A stretch of DNA of 64,000 nucleotides from Candidatus Krumholzibacteriia bacterium (lineage in GTDB: Bacteria > Krumholzibacteriota > Krumholzibacteriia > JAJRXK01): positions 288,001-352,000 of the forward strand of contig JBGPIA010000001.1 of assembly GCA_041484665.1 (NCBI GenBank), given 5' to 3'. The notes under the pieces are model-generated. The model was given only the letters and a program-made list of their open reading frames with translations, was not told where the DNA came from and ran no database searches. A program made the translations under genes and the position numbers. Of this stretch, positions 57,801 to 64,000 are shown piece by piece; positions within the stretch are counted from its first letter, which is position 1; every line of letters starts with the position of its first letter.

Positions 57801-59522
57801 CTCCGCGTACTGCGGATAGCGCGCCTTGAAGGCGTTGAGGAACCCCATGGGCGTGAACGTCTTGTCGACGGTAACCGTCGTCAGGATCGGCGCATCCCCA
57901 AGCGCGAGCTCATCCGCTCCCCCCGGGTAGACGCCGTGGACGTCCTGGGTGCCGTCCTCGATGTCGCGCATGACCGCTCCCAGGAACCCCTCGGTCCGAG
58001 TGGGGTCGTCGTACGGGCCACTGCACGTGGCGAGACCCTCCATGTTGAGGGTGGTCAGCGGCTTGATGCCGTAGTCTCCTTGCAGAGACCGCGTGATGAT
58101 GTCACCCACCCAGTCCGCGAACCCTTCCTCGTAGGCGTCGTGATCGGTCTCGCGGCACCACATGCAGTGGCCGCAGCCCTGGCTACCACTGTCGCAGATG
58201 CCGTTGCAGTAGTCCGAGCCCACGCTCTTCCCGAAGCAATTGATGAAGTGGTGTCCGTACTCGTGCAAGTGCACGGCTTCGAGCCAGGCGTGACTATTCG
58301 AGACCGTATCCAGGATGAAGATCGCCTTGCCGTAGGAGATCCAGTCTACGGTGAACGACCAGCTCGCGTCGGGGAACCGTCCGGCGACGGTCTGGCAGTC
58401 ATAGCCGTGGTTGAAGAACCACCGCCACCCCCGCACGAAATCGGTGTGGATGTGGACGGCCTTGCGATCGCGGTCCGACGGGGGTGCCACCGTGCCGTAG
58501 TCGAGATCGCTGCCGGGGTAATCGTAGGTGACCGACGTCTGCCAGGAGTACGTCGACGAAAGCAGATCGGTCCCCTTCACGTGCACCTTGGAGTTGTTCA
58601 GCTCGAAGATCAGGTACAGATCCGGGTTCTCCGAGTTGGAGTTCCAGAAAAAGGTGACGTCGAAATAGCCGAAGGCGTCGGTGGCGACCGCGAACAGCTG
58701 GGAGTCCCCCCAGTCCTTCTTGTGATAGCCGCGCACCGCGACCGCGTCGCCGCCCACGAAGAGATTGTCCGAGCGGACGTACCCGAAGCGGCCGTGCACC
58801 CGGATCGAGCGCGCCTGTGTGGCGGTGGCCGGGCCTGACGCGTTGCTCGTGATGGCTCCGGTGGACGTGACGGTGGCCTGCAGCATCTCTGCCGGGAGCG
58901 GCGGCACGGGCATGGGCTTCGCTCGCAGTGCGGCCGGGGGTGGGGGCGCGCTCGCGTCGGGGATCTTCTCCAGGGGCCCCGGCCCCAGAGTGTGCTGGTA
59001 GGCCTCCGCCGAGAGGTCGATCGTGAGGTGCCCCACCATCGTTCCCATGTGGAACGACACCAGCAGCGGGTACGGCCCCTCCGCGGGCGTCCCCTGGAAG
59101 GGGACCCGCACCGGAACTCCCGGGGTCATGGAGAACTCCGAGGGGCCGCTGTAGGAGACGGCGGTCCACGAGTCGCCCTCAATCGTGAGCCCCATCAGCA
59201 CGTCGTTGACGCCGGAGGTCACGATGAGGGTGTCGCGGAACACCTGCCCGATCTGGGCGGGGCGTGGCCGGCCGGCCAGCTGGACGAAGACCGGAGGCCC
59301 AGTATCGGCGCTGGCGACACCGGACAGGCCCGCGACCACGGCGACAAGCAGCAGTGGCACCGCCCAGAGCGGTCGGACCAAACGCCGGCGCGCGAACCGT
59401 GAAGTGCCGGGGCGGTCAGAGAGCGGCCCGCGCGCGGCCGGGTGATCGGGCCACAAGCCCAGCCGCAGGGGGCTTGCGGCGCAATGGGAGCCAGATGTCG
59501 GGGCGTCGTTCGCGATGCGCAT
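54876..59522 (-). CDS. Large secreted multidomain protein: HEXXH metallopeptidase-like region, FnIII/CARDB-like repeats, C-terminal FlgD-Ig domain
   Basis: Signal-like segment, LHEYGHH, ESDETDN and EIYETNN CARDB-like ends, terminal PNPFNPRT..IYNLRGQLVRTL..WDG.D..G..VASGVY..KLMLVK. Confidence 0.85.
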   Translation of the reverse strand: MRIANDAPTSGSHCAASPLRLGLWPDHPAARGPLSDRPGTSRFARRRLVRPLWAVPLLLVAVVAGLSGVASADTGPPVFVQLAGRPRPAQIGQVFRDTLIVTSGVNDVLMGLTIEGDSWTAVSYSGPSEFSMTPGVPVRVPFQGTPAEGPYPLLVSFHMGTMVGHLTIDLSAEAYQHTLGPGPLEKIPDASAPPPPAALRAKPMPVPPLPAEMLQATVTSTGAITSNASGPATATQARSIRVHGRFGYVRSDNLFVGGDAVAVRGYHKKDWGDSQLFAVATDAFGYFDVTFFWNSNSENPDLYLIFELNNSKVHVKGTDLLSSTYSWQTSVTYDYPGSDLDYGTVAPPSDRDRKAVHIHTDFVRGWRWFFNHGYDCQTVAGRFPDASWSFTVDWISYGKAIFILDTVSNSHAWLEAVHLHEYGHHFINCFGKSVGSDYCNGICDSGSQGCGHCMWCRETDHDAYEEGFADWVGDIITRSLQGDYGIKPLTTLNMEGLATCSGPYDDPTRTEGFLGAVMRDIEDGTQDVHGVYPGGADELALGDAPILTTVTVDKTFTPMGFLNAFKARYPQYAEGLWATAKNCGYELDQFEPGVVTNLVSTTHTVGIFDSTNPKITYAWTRASDDCSGVGGYSVMMTQYDPAFGPDGTIDIGDVTSYTTGTLAPGNWWFSIRAIDRAGRVSTNWTKLGAIGIRAAIPANLVQALPFGWTWEAPLVPRAAADGVPSAVTGDAYSYANNLVWNTGEVSTGVVTYTNLYVDGIFGNQYGILPLEAGAINTRYITVVYATGGLHTLSGVVDATNAVLESDETDNSYGHQWAWTPSTVASGAMVERASPPSPYGGTSTIPSPPIHQNLDGMRLATNPLSDGHWWTACWMHSLDNAADYDLYLYQPTSWLTNGFVNAVAGSAYGRGALDFVLVNNNLQPAQNWDAGILDYTDVLTGNYHLGVSGSSALSPSAAQSLAVSFAQDEMLKLWEVWVFGADVGPVSVVADLGSPSQGPVHLAWFDRSTTVAGQSNASASAGSDPQTGRVRLDLNVSAAGYYCLVLYRNPTGGAGKISNPPISVTMKVEKTPPDFEPLTFFGWYAPLVPRVTADGNEFNAPAPLTLPGGGTTYLNLMATNASPTFVPSFAADVLLDGQAIASPTLPVDPGLGTAFVNNTPQLVVSGGRHVLSMRLDPSNLVEEIYETNNLYGEPWVWTPLQLALNTPVTRGAPPVLNGGWVDITTLDPLYYNCDGLRTPVFAPSGADGYFAAVALMPGAASDVDLALFETSSGAKSGFDLGQTSSAWGTAQSDYVLANFHVMPFRAFDAGVMRWTGTQGYTAEVVASTSLGTAKAAHGPYTLGSGHILQLFEVGLSAGFYNIRLENVTGSVDWGITLHDALVSFGSKSAPQPGWFANVNGPGQNEYLTVQIPVTGNYCLSVWKAGAVDLASSGQFRLVFDAGATDVSGDQPGPRTPPEVTALRDAHPNPFNPRTTVEFDLAHSGSILVAIYNLRGQLVRTLESGVREAGHYSVVWDGIDDTGLSVASGVYLVQLQSAGALDRRKLMLVK

Positions 59523-60020
59523 GTCAGGATCCTTCTTCACGGAAGTTGCGCCGGGCCGTACAGCAGCGGTTCGGCAGGGAGGCTGGCCGGGCGGCGCGGC
59601 CTCCGGTTGCTGACAAGGTCGTGGGGCTTCTGAATGTGTGACGCATGCTGCGGCAACAGGCGTGCTGCCACATGGGTCCACGTCAAGCGTAGCACTTCCG
59701 AGACGGCTCCTGGCGGGCGTCCACTGGCCTCCGTGGCCGTGGCGGGCAATTCGGCCCTTCCGAATCCAGCGTCGCAGCAACGATGCGCGCTCGCACGATC
59801 CTCGGAACCTCGGTCGCTCGTCGAACTTTCTCCTTTGTTTCGCCATCCCTCCGAGTGCGACCCCGATCGCTGGGGGAACGGCGCGGTTCGCTTCCGACGT
59901 GGGCGAAGCGGCTTCCGCCGCCCGCCCGGTGCTGGGGGTCCCACGTCGGTAGCGCAACGGGTCGCGGTCTGAGAGCACCACCCGCAGCTCGCGCGCACGT
60001 CTCTGTTCCGGGGACCGCCG

Positions 60021-60265
60021 TGGCGCTGCGTGGGCCCGATGGTCCAGGGCGGGCGCGTGGTGGAGGTCGAGCCCGTCCCAGGTAGGCCCGTCCAGCCTCT
60101 GCGTGCCCTACGCTACGGGCAGGCTCTGGCGCACCGACAACGATGGGGCGACGTTCACACCGCTCTTCGATGCGGAGCCCTTGGTCATCATCGGCGACGT
60201 CGCCGTCGACCTCAGCGATCCGAGGGTCGTGTAGGTCGGCACGGGCGAGAACAACTCCTCCAGAG
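60021..60265 (+). pseudogene. Fragment of a VPS10/BNR-repeat glycosyl hydrolase-like gene
   Basis: WRCVGPMVQGGRVVEV, frameshift near 60087, then LWRTDNDGATFTPLFD..IGDVAVD..V*VGTGENNSSR with TAG at 60232-60234. Confidence 0.7.
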
Positions 60266-60957
60266 TTCATTGCGAGAGCCTGGAGCGCGCGCCAGTCATC
60301 GGCCACCTCGGAGGCTGCGCCATCACGAACCAATTGGCGCGCCGGCATTGTCCATTCCGGAGATGCGATCTCGGCACGTGTCGACACTGCCGGCGGACCG
60401 GGGAGCTTCACAATGCGGATGCGATCCCCAGCATCGCCCGGCTCCGAACGAAGTGCCTCGAAATCACGGATCGGAAGACGCCCACAGCGAGGTCTCCGAC
60501 GGCCGCTGCGCGTTCCATCAAGTTCGGCGCACGTCTCGTTCGCGGCCCCACCCACACGCGGACCGCTCCCACGCCCAAGTCGAGCCTCCGCCGGCTCGCC
60601 CGGACCCTGGCGCCGCCCGCGCCCGGACTTCCATGGAGGGCACGATGACGGCTGCGGGCTCCCGCGCGTGACCCGTCTGGCATCCCGTCGCCGCAAGACG
60701 GACTGCGACGGGCAACGGCGGTCGCTTCTTCCCATCCGTGGCGCGAAGTGGAGTCGCCACGTGCCAACGACTGTGCCGGTCGCGCGTCCGCTGCGTCCTC
60801 GCGGCTCGTGTGACGCGCGCCGACGTCCTTGCGCGCTGCTGCGAAGTCGGTGCGTGGTACAATTGGATATCGACAACGCTGCCCAGACAACTCGGGCTGG
60901 TGGGATGTCGTCGCAACATCAGGTCATGCAACCCACCTCGCAATCAGGGAGGGCAGG

Positions 60958-61728
60958 ATGAACCGCACGGCTACAGGACTTGCGTCACTCGCTGTGGGAA
61001 TATTCGGGATGACTGCGCCGATGGCGCACGCCTCGTTCACCGTGATCTGGGGCACGTCGTGGGATGGCGCGTCGTTGCAGGATGTGCTGGACGCCGAGTA
61101 CGGCGTCGGCGCGATCGACGCTGCGACCGACTACGAGGGGTTCAAGCCGGAAGACATGGACCCCCCATACTGGCGCGACGATGCGCTGAACAGCTGGATC
61201 GTGCGCGAGATCGCCGGCTTCCGCGACACCAACATCATGGGCTGGTACAAGGAGACCTGCCGCAAGCCATGTCTGGACGACCTGCGCAACCAGGTGATTT
61301 TCACGGGACCGATGGCCGAGGGCGCCACGGTGCAGGTGACGTTTCCCTGCGGAACCACCAAGTTCGGATTCTATCTCAATCCCAACGGGACGAACGACTC
61401 GGCCAACGCCCCCGAGCCGGAGCTGTTCTTCACGAACCGCTGCTACAATGACGATGGACCCAGGGGGCATGGAACGGTTCATGAGCCGACTGGCGGGGAT
61501 CCCCAGTGCCTGATCTACAATGTCACGCGGCTGCGCGGCGGCGTTCCGTCCTTCGTGCTCGCCTGGGAGGATCTGGATTCGGGCGGCGAGATCGCGCCGA
61601 GCTATGCACCCGGGAAGACCGACAACGACTTCCAGGATCTCGTCGTGGAGATCTCAGCGGCCTCCCCCATGCCGATTGAGCAGTCGAGCTGGGGGCGCGT
61701 GAAGACTCTCTTCGGGGGCGGCCAGTAG
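60958..61728 (+). CDS. Secreted DUF4114-like protein with C-terminal SWGRVK tail
   Basis: Signal peptide ending AHA, FGFYL, LAWEDL..DNDFQDLVVEI, tail PIEQSSWGRVKTLF. GGGAGGG SD; TG-G-TACAAT -10 at 60858-60863. Confidence 0.8.
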   Translation: MNRTATGLASLAVGIFGMTAPMAHASFTVIWGTSWDGASLQDVLDAEYGVGAIDAATDYEGFKPEDMDPPYWRDDALNSWIVREIAGFRDTNIMGWYKETCRKPCLDDLRNQVIFTGPMAEGATVQVTFPCGTTKFGFYLNPNGTNDSANAPEPELFFTNRCYNDDGPRGHGTVHEPTGGDPQCLIYNVTRLRGGVPSFVLAWEDLDSGGEIAPSYAPGKTDNDFQDLVVEISAASPMPIEQSSWGRVKTLFGGGQ

Positions 61729-62165
61729 GGAAGAGAGGCGCGCGGGAAGCCGTGGGGCTGGCGATGCGTTGCGAATCTGTGCTCACTGCTCGTCGCGCCC
61801 GTTGCCCGCCCCACGCTCGTCATTCTGGTGTGGCTCAGCCATCAGTTCCTGGCCCCTCGGTGGACACGGCCTCTTCCGCCCCCCAGAGCGGCCTGGGGCC
61901 CACTAGGATTCCATCGGCGCCTGGTGAAGTCTGCGCCGCTTCAGAGAAGGGCGTTCGACCCGCGCCCCGGTCGCCGACTCGGGCTCGCGACGCGAAGCTG
62001 CGCGGATTGCCGAAAGCAGGCCAGCTGGAGCTCGAACCCCACCCCGTCGAACGATCGAGGCCACGTTTCGATTTCGTGATGCCGTTCGATGGCCGTGCCT
62101 ACCAAGCACCCTATCCGCCCGGCCAGTGCTACACTTCCGCGCCCTCCAACCCACGGGCCTTCACG

Positions 62166-63182
62166 ATGCCCACCCTGATTCCACGCTCCCTGCTGGCCGG
62201 TCTGCAGGCCCGGCGATCCCTGGTCCTCGAGAATCTCGCCCTCCGCCACCTGGTCCAGGTCCTCCAGCGAGGCGGCAAGCGTCCCCGGCTGAACAACCGC
62301 GACCGTGGCCTTTGGGTGATCCTGCCACAGGTCTGGAGCGATCGGTGACGCCCGCTCCTGATGGTAGGCCCCGACACGGTCGTCCGCTGGCACCGTGCCG
62401 GCTACCGACTCTACTGGCGTTTGAAAAGCCAGAGGCGTCGGTGTGGCCGGCCGCGCCTCACACCTGAAGAGCGCGAACTCATCCGCCGCATGGCCCGCGA
62501 GAACCCCCTGTGGGGCGCGCCACGGATGCATGGCGAGCTGCTGAAGCTCGGCGTCGAGATGAGCCAGGCCACGGTGGCCAAGTACATGAAAGGCCGTCGG
62601 CCGCCATCCCAGGGCTGGAAGACCTTCCGGGTCAACCACCCCCACGAGATCGCGTCGGTCGACTTCTTCGAGGTCCCGACCGCGACGATGCGCAGCTTGT
62701 ACGTCTTCCTGGTGCTCGCCTACGATCGCCGGCGGGTGCTGGGATTCGAGGTAACCGATCCGAAGTCCGGGAAATGGGCAGCCGAGCAGGTCATCGAGAC
62801 CCCAGACTTCGACGGCGCGCCGAGGTTCGTCGTGCGCGACGGCGATCACAAGTACGGCGACGTGTTTGGAGCGCCCGCCGGCCGGGCCCGCCTCGAGCAG
62901 ATCGTGTCGGCGCGGCACTCGCCCTGGCAGAACGGGTACGTCGAGAGGCTCATCGGGACTATCCGCCGGGAGTGCCTGGATCACGTCATCGTGTTCGGAG
63001 CGGGCCACCTGCGGCTCGTGCTCGGCGAGTACCTCGACGACTACCACCGGTCACGGACGCACCTTAGCCTGGAGAAGGACTGCACGGTGCCGAGGGGCGT
63101 GGAGCCGCGAGAGGCCGGGTGGACCGTGAGCCTCGAGGTGCTCGGCGGGCTTCACGACCGGTACGTACGACGGACTGCCTGA
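62166..63182 (+). mobile_element. Integrase-core (rve, DDE) transposase pseudogene with in-frame TGA
   Basis: LVLENLALRH, PDTVVRWHR, MARENPLWGAPRMHGELLKLG, SVDFF, RDGD, PWQNGYVERLIGTIRRECLDH. TGA at 62346-62348 lies in frame; no terminal repeats recognised. Confidence 0.85.
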
Positions 63183-63452
63183 TCCCTCTCGGACATCGAC
63201 ATCGATGATGCCTGCCGCGGCCAAGCTACGTCCGCGATCAGCGGTCTGTCCCGGTCAGCGACGCCCGGGCAATCGCGGCTGCTCTGGACGTGGTAACCGC
63301 GGCGCTCGATCGCGGTGGCGAGGTCCTTCTTCGTGCTATCCCGGGAGCCGGAGGAATCGGTGATAGCGACAATGGCGTGAGCGCGAGGAGATAAAACCCT
63401 TCTCGAAGCGGGTGCCGGAAAACGAATCTGCCTCCGGGGGGGAGTAGGGCGG

Positions 63453-63485
63453 CGACCCGTCGGCTAGTTGCGGGCCGACGGGTCG
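63453..63485. repeat. Perfect 12-bp inverted repeat (hairpin)
   Basis: CGACCCGTCGGC-N9-GCCGACGGGTCG between the convergent transposase and the terminal ORF. Confidence 0.5.
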
Positions 63486-63593
63486 ATCGGTGGAGGTCGT
63501 GCACCCAGCCCCGCGCGTGCTCCGATGGGCTTGGCCGCTCAGCGCGGAAGTAGCTCCCCAGAGCAAACGCGGGTGCTCGGCGACGGGCGCGCG

Positions 63594-64000
63594 CTAGTGC
63601 GCGCGCGTCGTGAACTGCTGGATGGCGGTGTCCGCCTCGAGGACGCCGATCTGCCGCTCGATGAGCTGGCTGTCCTTCTTGGCGACCTCTTCGGCCGTCT
63701 CGGAGCGGTCCTTCATGGCCTGTAGCACGCGGAGCTCGTCGCTGCGGATGTCGACCTGGAGCGACACGATGTCCTGGGCCGACGCCCCCGGCACCCATGG
63801 CTGGGTCAGGCTGTCCCAACGTGTTCGCTTCTTGCCCATCTCGAGCTCCGACTCGAGCGCGAGCATACTCGCGTCTGCGAGCTTTCTGCGCGCCCGCGCT
63901 AGTTCGACCTGACACTCTCGAACCGCGACGAGACGCTCCAGGAGCTTGATGCCGAGCTCCTCCTCCTGCCGCTGTCGGTCCAGCGTCGCGAGCTCCGACT
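63594..64000 (-). CDS. Coiled-coil hypothetical protein, 5' truncated by window edge
   Basis: The frame of ORF 63594..63866 stays open to position 64000 (SELATLDRQRQEEELGIKLLERL...). Confidence 0.6.
   Translation of the reverse strand, partial: SELATLDRQRQEEELGIKLLERLVAVRECQVELARARRKLADASMLALESELEMGKKRTRWDSLTQPWVPGASAQDIVSLQVDIRSDELRVLQAMKDRSETAEEVAKKDSQLIERQIGVLEADTAIQQFTTRAH

Noticed and set aside
59650..59675. TGGCAG...TTGC upstream of the large secreted protein as a sigma54 promoter
   Set aside because: The GG-to-GC spacing is 13 rather than the required 10.
62346..62348. In-frame TGA in the transposase as selenocysteine
   Set aside because: The position corresponds to Trp in this family, not Cys, and there is no redox motif. 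A nonsense mutation is more likely.

Overview
GC-rich bacterial chromosomal window. The FlgD-Ig-tailed secreted protein, the 'SWGRVK' C-terminal tail and futalosine-pathway mqnD suggest an Eisenbacteria/Krumholzibacteriota/Latescibacterota-like lineage (inference only). The first ~47 kb is mostly housekeeping. It holds the end of a cytochrome c maturation operon (ccmF, two accessory genes, ccmABCD), mqnD, pyk, and class II ribonucleotide reductase nrdJ with tandem NrdR-like boxes. It also holds a Liu/Atu-like acyl-CoA carboxylase cluster with an orphan eboE, a GAF-sigma54 activator, a TetR-fadN-fadA-fadE beta-oxidation locus with a FadR-type operator, and a fused 2-oxoacid dehydrogenase E1. 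From ~47.5 kb on the region looks accessory: secreted proteins, gene remnants and a stop-interrupted integrase-core transposase. Four things stand out. (1) An unannotated ~400-nt structured minus-strand RNA (about 31259 to 30855) has a perfect sigma54 promoter, IHF-like and enhancer-like sites, three UUGGCGAGAG hairpin motifs exactly 70 nt apart and its own terminator; it converges on the sigma54 activator gene. (2) A split ORF reads through UGA as a UxxC thioredoxin-like seleno-lipoprotein. (3) An RsmG-like methyltransferase carries an inserted 4-Cys Fe-S domain. (4) A second, weaker sigma54-RNA candidate has a 3' end complementary to the start of the fad operon. No rRNA, tRNA or CRISPR array was recognised. 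All calls are by eye; no database searches were run.
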